Source of the DNA: Candidatus Parcubacteria bacterium
GTDB taxonomy: Bacteria; Patescibacteriota; Patescibacteriia; CAIXNZ01
Direction: 5' to 3'
Assembly (NCBI GenBank): GCA_026395685.1
Contig: JAPLYG010000013.1
Location: forward strand, 387-64,386
Length of the DNA stretch: 64,000 bases
Shown piece after piece: positions 51,386-59,884 of the stretch. The notes beneath the pieces are model-generated. The model saw only the letters and a list, made by a program, of their open reading frames with translations. It was not told the DNA's origin and made no database searches. The first letter of the stretch is position 1. Every line of letters begins with the position of its first letter. Made by a program: the position numbers and the translations under genes.

Positions 51386-51889
51386 TTATTTTATATAACT
51401 ATCAAAATAAATAGCATGACAAGTATAGCCGCCAGGGTTTTTTTGCAAATAGTCCTGATGATACTCTTCAGCCGGCCAGAACTTGGTAAACGGCTCCAGG
51501 GTGGTAACCACCGGCTTTGGCCACCTTTGGGAATCATTAACTATTTTTATAAAATCCTGGGCCTGTTTTAACTCCTGCTTATTTTGGTAAAATATAGCGC
51601 TTCTGTATGATGGGCCTTTATCATTGCCCTGTTGATTGAGTGTAGTCGGATTATGAATCCTAAAAAATAAATCCAAAAGCTGCCTAAAGCTGATTATCTT
51701 GGGATCATATTCGATTTCCAGGGCTTCAGCATGGCCGGGATGATTTTCATAAGTCGGCTTGGCGTTTTGACCGCCGGTATAGCCGGCTGTAATATTCAAA
51801 ACACCGGGCTGTTTTCTCATCAATTCTTCCAAGCCCCAGAAACACCCGCCTGCTAAATAAGCTTTACTGATCATATTATTTTTTGGCAA
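51386..51889 (-). CDS. msrA: Peptide methionine sulfoxide reductase A
   Basis: [13 protein letters not shown] catalytic motif. Confidence 0.85.
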   Translation of the reverse strand: MPKNNMISKAYLAGGCFWGLEELMRKQPGVLNITAGYTGGQNAKPTYENHPGHAEALEIEYDPKIISFRQLLDLFFRIHNPTTLNQQGNDKGPSYRSAIFYQNKQELKQAQDFIKIVNDSQRWPKPVVTTLEPFTKFWPAEEYHQDYLQKNPGGYTCHAIYFDSYIK

Positions 51890-52238
51890 TAAATTTTAAG
51901 GAGATGGAATTGACGCAATGGCGGATATTTTTCGGAGTCAGCTGCTCGCCTGCAAATACATGCCCCAAATGCGCGCCGCAACGAGCGCAGGTAATTTCTG
52001 TCCGAATGCCGTCAGCATCGGGTGTGCGTTTGACTGCCCCGGGTATTTCATCATCAAAGCTCGGCCAGCCGCAAGCGCTGGCAAATTTAGCCTGGGAATT
52101 ATATAACGCTGCATTGCATTGCCGGCAGACATAGACACCAGGGGCTGTGTTGTTTACATACTCGCCGATAAAAGGCGCTTCAGTGCCTTTGTCAATTATT
52201 ACCCGCTTTTCAGCTTTGGATAGTTTATTTAATTGCAT
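51876..52238 (-). CDS. msrB: Peptide methionine sulfoxide reductase B
   Basis: CRQCNAALY ... [12 protein letters not shown] zinc CxxC pairs and RHCVNSISL active site. Confidence 0.85.
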   Translation of the reverse strand: MQLNKLSKAEKRVIIDKGTEAPFIGEYVNNTAPGVYVCRQCNAALYNSQAKFASACGWPSFDDEIPGAVKRTPDADGIRTEITCARCGAHLGHVFAGEQLTPKNIRHCVNSISLKFIAKK

Positions 52239-52295
52239 AAAATGTTTTAGACTGCACCTTTTGGGGATGAGATTTTATTTTTGGATTTTTAGATT

Positions 52296-52910
52296 TTATC
52301 TAATCCCTGAATCGCAGGAAAAATCAATTTTTAAATTTGCTGCTGAAGTCACTGTCACATCCTGAGCTTCACAACGAGGCAAAACTCTGCCGCCACTGGG
52401 CTGAAAATTATATTCGCCCACCGGTAAAACAACCTGATATCTGCCCTGTTCATCTGTTTGAATAACTTTATAAGGCGCGCCAGCCGGGCTATTACGATCA
52501 ATGATTTGAATGCCGGTTTGATATGGTTTATCAGCGCAAGCCGGATCAGGCGGATTTTTCATGACCGGACAAGTCGGTTCCAATATAACCTGACCGCTGA
52601 CAGTGCCTGTCTTGGATTCTGTGGGACAAGCGCTAAACTCGCAATTGGGACCTGTACGACCGACTGCCGAACCATCAGGACACAGTTTGGCTTCCATGCT
52701 ACAGGCTATTTGGTTTGTATTGTTTAAATTACCATCAATAAGCTCCACAAAATTCTGGCCATTGGCTCGGCATTGTCTGGGATATGATTCCATAACAGGA
52801 TTACCTGCTGCAACGCAGGATTCAAAGTCAGTGACTTTAGCTGGCGTTTTAAAAAGGCTGCAAGCGGAAAGTAAAAACGCTAACGATAAAACGAAAAAAA
52901 CTTTTTTCAT
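52296..52910 (-). CDS. Cys-rich lipoprotein. Paralog of 43817..44677.
   Basis: Lipobox LLSACS. DFESCVAAGNPVMESYPRQCRANGQNF. About 55 nt of near-identical DNA with the paralog (52756-52811 versus 44402-44458). Confidence 0.55.
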   Translation of the reverse strand: MKKVFFVLSLAFLLSACSLFKTPAKVTDFESCVAAGNPVMESYPRQCRANGQNFVELIDGNLNNTNQIACSMEAKLCPDGSAVGRTGPNCEFSACPTESKTGTVSGQVILEPTCPVMKNPPDPACADKPYQTGIQIIDRNSPAGAPYKVIQTDEQGRYQVVLPVGEYNFQPSGGRVLPRCEAQDVTVTSAANLKIDFSCDSGIR

Positions 52911-52920
52911 ATTGATTAAA

Positions 52921-53268
52921 TTAATTAGTATAGACTTTAAAAACCTTCTGCATTTCTTTTATCCAGCATTTTAATCTTTCATCTTCGTTCGCGTCAGCAT
53001 CTAATTTTCCCAATTCAACCGCGTATTCAAAAAATCCTTCAGCCGGCTGATTAGCTTCTCGCAGGGTAACTAAAGAGGAAAGCATGACATCATCTTTATC
53101 TAAAGTTAAGATGTTAATTTCCCCCAGCATGTGGGAGCCCGTATTCCTATCCTTGGGATTTTCGCAATTCAGCCCTATTTTGTCATATAAATCCTTATAA
53201 TAAATTGCCTGTTTATTTCTGGCGCAATTTTCTAAAATTTGCAAAGCTTTTAATGCTTTAGCGTTCAT
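52921..53268 (-). CDS. Small hypothetical protein, last gene of the lexA restriction-modification operon
   Basis: 115 aa. Same strand, 43 nt after the hsdS-like gene. Confidence 0.4.
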   Translation of the reverse strand: MNAKALKALQILENCARNKQAIYYKDLYDKIGLNCENPKDRNTGSHMLGEINILTLDKDDVMLSSLVTLREANQPAEGFFEYAVELGKLDADANEDERLKCWIKEMQKVFKVYTN

Positions 53269-53311
53269 AAATTTAATAATATTTAATTTAAAAATATTTT
53301 AGATGAGATTT

Positions 53312-54640
53312 TCATTTTTTCTTCTCAATCTCCTCCTCCACCCTCTTTTTCGCCTCCTCCAATAATTCTTTAGCTTCTTTTCTTAATTTAAAAGATTCAT
53401 TGACCAAATCAGCGATTTTTTGCTGGGTTTTAAGGGGTAAAATTGGGATAATTGTATTTTCAACCTGATCAGGCCGCCAATGGATAATAATTGAACCGCC
53501 AGCGTCTCGTTCAATTTGCATTTGGCAAATCAAAGAATTTAATACTAACGATAAATATTGAGGGACTAAATTTTTATCCTTAATTTTGAGTCGTAAGATT
53601 CCACCCGAAATTATGCCTTCAACATCTCGCCCTAATAAAACCGTGATGCCCGGAGTCGCATCCTTGCTTAATAAAATCTCGCCTTTTTGCGGCTGATATT
53701 TATCTTTCAATTCATTATACAATTTTTCGCTCAAAAACTGCTGATTATTGTCATTCAAGCCGAATTTAGACATATTAGAAACGCGAATAAAGGGTTTCCC
53801 TTCCTCCACATATTCTTCACTACCAGGCTCAATCCCCTTTTGCCAGGAAACCAAATCGCTTAATTTTTCCTTCTTAACTTTTATTTTACTTAAAATATTT
53901 TCGTACTTCGGCTGAAAAAATTCCGCATCAATGCGCTCAGATCGCAAGCAATCCTTTAAAGTAGTTGTAAATGACAAATCTTCTTCCGATTTTAAATCCT
54001 TAATGCCTAATTCTTCAAGCAGCAAATCTTCGGCTTGAGCGTACTGTGAGTTTGACTTTTCAAATATTTTATCTGCTTTAACATATAATTTTTCAAAAAT
54101 ATCAAGATTTTTCAATAACGGCATTACAATATTTTCGACATTACCAGTGTTTAAATGTAATTGACCTGTCGCGCCGGTAATTTCACGATTAATTTGAAAT
54201 TGTCCATACTTACTCTTTAAAAAAGCCCAAATGTAAAAGGAATTAATTTTTGATTCTCTTATTACTGTAACTTCTGACACAGTGCCCTTTGAATCATTAG
54301 CACCTGTAAAAATATTAACCTTACCTATTGAACCAAAACCTATCGATGAAATTAAAATATCATTCTTCCTCAGGTAAAAAATATTATCGTCTTTTGCGTT
54401 CAACAAATCCCCACTAAGAAAGAAATTAGAGTCTAAATCCCCTGATCTGACAATTGGCACCTCAAAATCGCCGTATTCCTTAGGCGTATTTCCCCGCAAA
54501 ATAGAGGCGGCATCGCCTAGTGAAATAACTTTAAATTTTTTTATTTTATTTAGATATTCCAAATACTCCGGTTGATAGTATTCCGGGTCTAGGCGCAGGG
54601 CGCCTTCGAGGTGGGATTTGGGGATTATTGAGTAGGTCAT
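53312..54640 (-). CDS. Restriction-modification specificity subunit (HsdS-like, two target-recognition domains). Likely the S/B subunit of a BcgI-like Type IIB system.
   Basis: Internal duplication RLDPEYYQPEY / RIDAEFFQPKY at the TRD starts. Conserved ILPLKTQQKIADLV (PLxEQxxI) regions. Confidence 0.7.
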   Translation of the reverse strand: MTYSIIPKSHLEGALRLDPEYYQPEYLEYLNKIKKFKVISLGDAASILRGNTPKEYGDFEVPIVRSGDLDSNFFLSGDLLNAKDDNIFYLRKNDILISSIGFGSIGKVNIFTGANDSKGTVSEVTVIRESKINSFYIWAFLKSKYGQFQINREITGATGQLHLNTGNVENIVMPLLKNLDIFEKLYVKADKIFEKSNSQYAQAEDLLLEELGIKDLKSEEDLSFTTTLKDCLRSERIDAEFFQPKYENILSKIKVKKEKLSDLVSWQKGIEPGSEEYVEEGKPFIRVSNMSKFGLNDNNQQFLSEKLYNELKDKYQPQKGEILLSKDATPGITVLLGRDVEGIISGGILRLKIKDKNLVPQYLSLVLNSLICQMQIERDAGGSIIIHWRPDQVENTIIPILPLKTQQKIADLVNESFKLRKEAKELLEEAKKRVEEEIEKKK

Positions 54641-54649
54641 ATTACTATT

Positions 54650-55558
54650 TTATTTTATTACATCTTCTGATTCTAATTTAACGCCATTGGAGTATATCGT
54701 TCCAACATTCTTAAGAAATTCCACAAAAGACTTATCATTTACAATAAAAGTAGTTCTGTTTTCAGAAGATATTGTTATTGAATCTCTAATAACCCCATAA
54801 TTAATAAAATCTGGTAAGGGGAACTCATATGATAACCATTTCTTTTCTTCCATATCTATATCTTTAAAATTAACATCCCCATTTTGTATTTTCTTGTAAT
54901 CCAATTTTGTTAAATAGAGATTGGCGGTTGTTACCACTACTGGTAAATAAATAAAATGTTTAAACTGTAAAAAATTCACTTTATTACTAATTCCTTCAAT
55001 ATATTTTGGGATTTTATTTTCCAGCGCATATGAACCATGAGCTGCTTGTCTAATAGCTTTATAAATCTTATCGTCCTGATTTCTATTAATAGTAGTGAGC
55101 TTATCATTAGTTTCAATAGATTGATTGCAATAATTGAAATCACCAATCAAGCGATACCCTAAATCGGGAAACGTGAGTTGCCTCGTTAAATACTTCCTTT
55201 CATACATTAAATTATTATCGATTATATCTGAAAAAATAAAAAGCGGCTTTTTGTCTAAACTTTCGTTTAAAAATATCCAATTTTTGATATTACTATTTGC
55301 CTTTTTACATTCTATTATTAGAAATAATAAAGTTTTTTCTTCAATTCCTTTTACACCCCTGACGGCCACAATATCAATACTACCATGAGCGCCTAAAATG
55401 GGACCATTTGAACTCGGATGTGTATAGGGAAACTCGGATACTGCTTTAAATATCCATGATCCATGATCTTGATCACAATTTCTAATAGTATCTAGACACC
55501 ATTTTTGAAATGGATATCCCGTTTCATTTAATAATTTTACTGCTTTCTCTTTTTCCAT
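54650..55558 (-). CDS. PD-(D/E)xK nuclease-like hypothetical protein
   Basis: Start refined to MEKEKAVKLL, 1 nt after the upstream stop. GSIDIVAV ... LFLIIECKK matches the hD...ExK core. Confidence 0.45.
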   Translation of the reverse strand: MEKEKAVKLLNETGYPFQKWCLDTIRNCDQDHGSWIFKAVSEFPYTHPSSNGPILGAHGSIDIVAVRGVKGIEEKTLLFLIIECKKANSNIKNWIFLNESLDKKPLFIFSDIIDNNLMYERKYLTRQLTFPDLGYRLIGDFNYCNQSIETNDKLTTINRNQDDKIYKAIRQAAHGSYALENKIPKYIEGISNKVNFLQFKHFIYLPVVVTTANLYLTKLDYKKIQNGDVNFKDIDMEEKKWLSYEFPLPDFINYGVIRDSITISSENRTTFIVNDKSFVEFLKNVGTIYSNGVKLESEDVIK

Positions 55559-55559
55559 A

Positions 55560-56126
55560 TTATTTATTTTCTCTAATTTTCTTCCTTTCGTCTGCAATTG
55601 AGGGTGCCACATAAAGAACCTGACAAAATTGTTTAAGTAATTCTAATATATCCTCTGCATCAGATTTATTTATATCAGTATCCGTACCTGGTTTTCTAGG
55701 ATGCGCCGCATCATTCCCTACCAACCGCACTTCATGAGCCCAATCTTTTAAATCTTTAGTTATAATACCTTGAGAAAATAGCCATTCGATTTGTTTTTCC
55801 AGTTTATCCTTTTCATCTGCTCCTTTATCTAGACAAATATTCTGTATAGCTCTTCTTGCCATCACAGAGGCAGCCCTGAATGCACTAGCAGAAAAGCAAA
55901 TATTCGCCTCCTCAAAATCTTTTCTTATTGGTTCTAATATCCTAGAATCTATGGGCTCAGGTAATGGCATAGGATATTTTTCACTACTGTGATTATTTAC
56001 TAAAATTACTTTCTGACAAGAATTGCACTGCCCCATCCAATATTCACCGTGTATAGAATTAAAGCCGCCCCGATTTGATAGTTCTACATATTTATGACAA
56101 TAAGGACAATAAATGGATGTATTCAT
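55560..56126 (-). CDS. DUF4145-like protein with an N-terminal zinc ribbon
   Basis: CPYCHKYV...CNSCQ ribbon plus a C-terminal ...RLVGNDAAHP... helical domain, as seen in R-M/abortive-infection neighbourhoods. Confidence 0.55.
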   Translation of the reverse strand: MNTSIYCPYCHKYVELSNRGGFNSIHGEYWMGQCNSCQKVILVNNHSSEKYPMPLPEPIDSRILEPIRKDFEEANICFSASAFRAASVMARRAIQNICLDKGADEKDKLEKQIEWLFSQGIITKDLKDWAHEVRLVGNDAAHPRKPGTDTDINKSDAEDILELLKQFCQVLYVAPSIADERKKIRENK

Positions 56127-56139
56127 AATTTTAAATAAA

Positions 56140-58083
56140 TTAAAAATTTAAATTTTCCTTTTTCGCAAACTTCAAAAATTCTTCGGCAATTTCATCCAAA
56201 TCATGATCTAAAACCTTCTTGCCCTTCATATCAACCGCCAATTTTCCTTCGGCATCTTTTTTATAAACATAATCCCCTGAATTGTCTTTGCCTGACTTTT
56301 GAGATACGGCCATGAAAATATTATAATCCTTAGGCGCTTTTTCCTTCTCTTTGAATTTCTGCAAAAATAAAACCGAAGTTTTGGTGCCGGTATGCGGTTT
56401 AAAAGTGTTTACATTCAACCCGACTACGGCTAAAATTCTCGCCTTGTCCATTAAAAATTGCCGCACGTGTTGCATGTTAGTATTATTAAAAACGCCTTGG
56501 GGTAAAACAATAGCTAGTCTGCCACCCGGCTTAACCAATTGTACTGAACGCTCAATAAATAAAATATGGCGTTCCATTTTATTTTTTAATTTACCAGCTT
56601 CATTTTTTGACAATTCATACTGATTTAAAAGCGTCTTCTCGATTATTTCTCCCGCAAACGGAGGATTTGATAGCAATATATCATAATCAAAGAACCTGAA
56701 GTTCTCCTGATTATCTTTATTTTTATCATAGTCATCAAATTTATGCAGCAAATTTCTTAATTCGCCTCTGGCCCTTTCCTTTTCAGCCTCATTCCCCATC
56801 CAATCCCTAGGATTTAAAGAATTTAATTTAAAAATATGGGTTTTACCATCACCGGCAATCAGCATTAATGCTCGTGAAATTTTAACTGATTTATCGTCAA
56901 AATCAATGCCAAACAGATATTTTTTCGCATAATCGCTCATAGCCTCTCGATCCATATGCAAGTAATTATCATAAACATAACGCATGGCGTGGATTAAAAA
57001 TCCGCCGGAACCGCAGGCAGGGTCAATAACATATTCATTCGGCTGAGGGCTTAGCATTTTTACCGCCATATTAATTACATGGCGAGGCGTAAAATACTGC
57101 CCCTTTTTACCTTTAGCAACATCGGGCAATAAATACTCGAAAGCCGAATCAATGACTTCAAGATTAGCATCATATAATTTAATTTTTTCCAATTGCCCCA
57201 CGCAGACGTCCAGATGATTGGGTGACAGTTCTATTTTCTCATAATCATTAAAAATCCCCGGCCATTCTTTCCTGGCTGAATCAAATAATTTGCTGACTTG
57301 CGCCATGGTCAATTCAGGATCCTTATACTGTCTGAAATATAAAATCTTTTTTTCACGCTTTTTAGCTTCTTTTTCATCAAAAAGTTTGGCGTATATCAAT
57401 TTAAAAATTTCATTAAAACTATCCACGCCGGAATTTGCCAGAACTAATTCTTCTAAGATTTTAATAATATCCACCAAATCGAATTCGCTTTCAAGGTCGG
57501 ACAAAGTCACATCCTCAGTCAAAACATCCTCAATTGACTGATCGGCTCTGGGAATATCCCTTAAGGTATTTTCAAATTCATGCGGGTGAGATCGGTATAA
57601 AATGACTCTTTCATTGCCATTTGACCAGACTCCGATTGGCGCTCCCTCAGAATTTACATAGCTTTTTAATTGTTCCAAGCCTTTCTTCTCATCCGGGCTT
57701 TTTAACTCAATAATCACCCAAGGAGTCTCCTTATCTTTTTGATAAATTACAATATCAGCGGCTTTACCATGTATTTCTCGGCCAAAATGGATATCCTTTT
57801 CAATTCCAATGCGGTCTATCGGGTAACCATAATCCTTAATAATCTTATGAAGCCACAGCTGGCGGATAATTTCCTCCGGTTTACTTAAATTTTTTTCCTC
57901 ATTATAAACTAAAATATCCTTAGCGCGCACAGGATCCTTGATATAATACTTCCCCTCTTCAACTTCAAAAATATCCAAAACATCGCCAAGCTTAATGCCC
58001 TTAAATTCTTTTAACCCATACTGAACATCGGGATCTTTAAAAATTTTACTTATGATTTGATTGGATAACTCTTTCTTAAGCAT
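56140..58083 (-). CDS. Fused restriction endonuclease / N6-adenine DNA methyltransferase (BcgI A-subunit-like, Type IIB/IIG). N-terminal HsdR-N-like PD-(D/E)xK domain plus a gamma-class MTase.
   Basis: GKAADIVIYQKDKETPWVIIELKSP (D...ExK), motif I VIDPACGSGGFL, motif IV LLSNPPFAG. 647 aa. Confidence 0.75.
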   Translation of the reverse strand: MLKKELSNQIISKIFKDPDVQYGLKEFKGIKLGDVLDIFEVEEGKYYIKDPVRAKDILVYNEEKNLSKPEEIIRQLWLHKIIKDYGYPIDRIGIEKDIHFGREIHGKAADIVIYQKDKETPWVIIELKSPDEKKGLEQLKSYVNSEGAPIGVWSNGNERVILYRSHPHEFENTLRDIPRADQSIEDVLTEDVTLSDLESEFDLVDIIKILEELVLANSGVDSFNEIFKLIYAKLFDEKEAKKREKKILYFRQYKDPELTMAQVSKLFDSARKEWPGIFNDYEKIELSPNHLDVCVGQLEKIKLYDANLEVIDSAFEYLLPDVAKGKKGQYFTPRHVINMAVKMLSPQPNEYVIDPACGSGGFLIHAMRYVYDNYLHMDREAMSDYAKKYLFGIDFDDKSVKISRALMLIAGDGKTHIFKLNSLNPRDWMGNEAEKERARGELRNLLHKFDDYDKNKDNQENFRFFDYDILLSNPPFAGEIIEKTLLNQYELSKNEAGKLKNKMERHILFIERSVQLVKPGGRLAIVLPQGVFNNTNMQHVRQFLMDKARILAVVGLNVNTFKPHTGTKTSVLFLQKFKEKEKAPKDYNIFMAVSQKSGKDNSGDYVYKKDAEGKLAVDMKGKKVLDHDLDEIAEEFLKFAKKENLNF

Positions 58084-58699
58084 AATTTCTTGATAAATTT
58101 TTAATTAATTTACCTAAAATATAAGTTTCCTCAGTCACCGGTATTCTTTCATATTTAGGATTTTCAGGCTGAAAATATGTTTTTTTATCACGATTTATTA
58201 ATCTTTTAACGGTGGTTCCATCCATGGTTCTGGCAAGAACGATTTCATTATCTTTAAATTCCTTGGCTTTAGTAAAAAGCAGCAAATCGCCGTCCAAAAT
58301 ATTGGCGCCTATCATGGAATCCCCATAAGCCTTTATAATTATTAAGTCACAAGAAAACTGATGAACTTCCGGTGATAGTTCCATCCAAACATCTCTTTGC
58401 TCAAATAATTCTACCAAAGGCCCGCACGAGCCCAGACCAGCCACATTAACTAAGGGCATAACATCTAGTGATTCAAACCCCCGTTGTAAAATATTAATAG
58501 ATCTGGCCAGGCCTTCATTGCGCTTAATCATTTTTTTGTCTTCTAATTTCTCCAACAAATCCAAAACCGCCTGGTTTGAGCTGACACCAAGTTCTTTTTT
58601 CATTTCTTCAAATGACGGGATATTGCCTTCAGCTTTAAGCCAATCGTAGATAATTTGAAGTAATTGCTTTTGTCTGTGGGAGATAATTGAGGTTTTCAT
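58076..58699 (-). CDS. lexA: LexA repressor (winged-helix N-terminus plus S24 autopeptidase)
   Basis: N-terminal RQKQLLQIIYDWLKAEGNIPSFEEMKKELGVSSNQAVLDLLEKLEDKKMIKR. C-terminal VAGLGSCGP cleavage region, GDSM Ser motif and TVKRL Lys. Confidence 0.8.
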   Translation of the reverse strand: MKTSIISHRQKQLLQIIYDWLKAEGNIPSFEEMKKELGVSSNQAVLDLLEKLEDKKMIKRNEGLARSINILQRGFESLDVMPLVNVAGLGSCGPLVELFEQRDVWMELSPEVHQFSCDLIIIKAYGDSMIGANILDGDLLLFTKAKEFKDNEIVLARTMDGTTVKRLINRDKKTYFQPENPKYERIPVTEETYILGKLIKNLSRNYA

Positions 58700-58707
58700 A
58701 TACTTAT

Positions 58708-58736
58708 ATTCTACTGACCATTTAGTCAGCCGTCAA
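58708..58736 (-). promoter_or_regulatory. lexA promoter TTGACG-N17-TAGAAT (minus strand)
   Basis: -35 at 58736-58731, -10 at 58713-58708. ATG at 58699. Confidence 0.55.
58714..58729. promoter_or_regulatory. Candidate LexA operator CTGAC-N6-GTCAG occupying the promoter spacer
   Basis: Perfect 5-bp inverted arms, located exactly between -35 and -10. Confidence 0.45.
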
Positions 58737-58791
58737 CTAATGTTATCCACAAAAAAATACCGGCTAACCAGTATTTAATTATAATCTCAAA

Positions 58792-59010
58792 TTATTTGAT
58801 TTTCGCCTTAACTTTCGCCTCCACCTTAGCCTTTTTCACTTTCTCCGCATGACAGTGATACTTCCCATTTTTTAGTCCCCAACTTTTACAATTCGTCTTA
58901 CAAACATGACAACCTGAAGCATTGGTCCTGCCCGGATGCGCGTAGGCGCCGAAAGGCAGAATCAAAGCCAATACTAATATTATTAATAAAAATTGTATTT
59001 TTCTGGTCAT
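58792..59010 (-). CDS. Small secreted YHYH-motif protein
   Basis: Start refined to MTRKIQFLLIILV (signal peptide). HPGRTNASGCHVC ... GKYHCH. Confidence 0.45.
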   Translation of the reverse strand: MTRKIQFLLIILVLALILPFGAYAHPGRTNASGCHVCKTNCKSWGLKNGKYHCHAEKVKKAKVEAKVKAKIK

Positions 59011-59014
59011 ATTT

Positions 59015-59287
59015 TTAATAATTTTCTTCAACATATGCCTGGCATCCTTCAATAAAAGACTGAGACTTTCCGCTACAATCATCAACGTCATCAATCCCCT
59101 TTTCTTCAGCCCAATCATAACCAGCTTCATGTCCGCTACAGTCGTCTGTACATTCATAACCGTAAAAAGTATTTTCATCTGAAGAATAATCCACTGAATC
59201 GTAACTATCACCAGTAGAAGAACAGCCACTTAAAATCAAAAGTAAAGATACTACAAATAGCAAATTTTGGATGCTGGATTTATACAT
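59015..59287 (-). CDS. Small acidic lipoprotein
   Basis: LLLILSGCSS lipobox. Four Cys residues. Confidence 0.45.
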   Translation of the reverse strand: MYKSSIQNLLFVVSLLLILSGCSSTGDSYDSVDYSSDENTFYGYECTDDCSGHEAGYDWAEEKGIDDVDDCSGKSQSFIEGCQAYVEENY

Positions 59288-59288
59288 A

Positions 59289-59510
59289 TTATGGCATGAT
59301 TGTTACTATAATTACAGCCGCAGAAGCAATTATCACAACGGACAAAAGTACCACCACTCCCCAATTCTTGTTTTTAATCTCTTCCCACTCGTTAATCGGA
59401 GTCAGCCAGGCAAAAATTTTCAGCATAATGCCCAAAGAAATGGCCATGGAAATCGCGCCGGTCAAAGCCCAGCCAAATGTAATTAAATACTGTTTTAAGA
59501 TGAATAGCAT
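59289..59510 (-). CDS. Small two-TM membrane protein
   Basis: Hydrophobic 73-aa ORF. Confidence 0.4.
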   Translation of the reverse strand: MLFILKQYLITFGWALTGAISMAISLGIMLKIFAWLTPINEWEEIKNKNWGVVVLLSVVIIASAAVIIVTIMP

Positions 59511-59550
59511 AAAATTTATCTCAATATTATTTATAGGTTGGTTAACATTG

Positions 59551-59620
59551 ATATTGAGGTTTTATGAGGTTCTATGAGGTTATATTAAGTTGGATGAGGT
59601 TGCTGGAGAAGGATGAAGGG
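59551..59620. repeat. Seven 10-bp phased repeats wwwTGAGGTTn (helical periodicity)
   Basis: TGAGGT at 59555, 59565, 59575, 59595, with degenerate units at 59585, 59604 and 59613. Confidence 0.6.
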
Positions 59621-59728
59621 TGGAGTTGAAAGTTCAAAATTAAAAATTTCCGCTATGGTCTTTAGTTTAAACTTAATAATTTTATTTTACGCTATATTTA
59701 CACTAAATTCAATATCTTGAAAATGGGC

Positions 59729-59817
59729 GAAAATGGCTGTGTAATTAGGGATCCAATTCCCTCGGGGATTGGATTCCGTTGCTCGCGGTCCCTGACATCA
59801 TCAATACAGCCATTTTC
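59729..59817 (-). other. Long hairpin (12-bp perfect outer stem GAAAATGGCTGT/ACAGCCATTTTC enclosing an imperfect 14-bp inner inverted repeat). Possible leader RNA structure.
   Basis: Seen directly in sequence. Lies between a terminator and the upstream region of the small membrane gene. Confidence 0.35.
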
Positions 59818-59825
59818 TCTCAAAA

Positions 59826-59866
59826 AAAAAGCGCCCCGAGTCCCGCAATGCGGGACGAGGGGCGCA
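59826..59866 (-). terminator. Intrinsic terminator GCGCCCC-g-AGTCCCGC-aat-GCGGGAC-g-AGGGGCGC followed by T9 on the minus strand
   Basis: Strong GC stem followed by the A9/T9 run at 59818-59826. Confidence 0.75.
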
Positions 59867-59884
59867 GGAATGGTGCGCTGGATT

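Noticed and set aside
58743-58751. Perfect DnaA-box-like TTATCCACA upstream of lexA.
   Set aside because: A single box with no cluster of boxes, no AT-rich DUE and no dnaA/dnaN nearby. Insufficient to call an origin.
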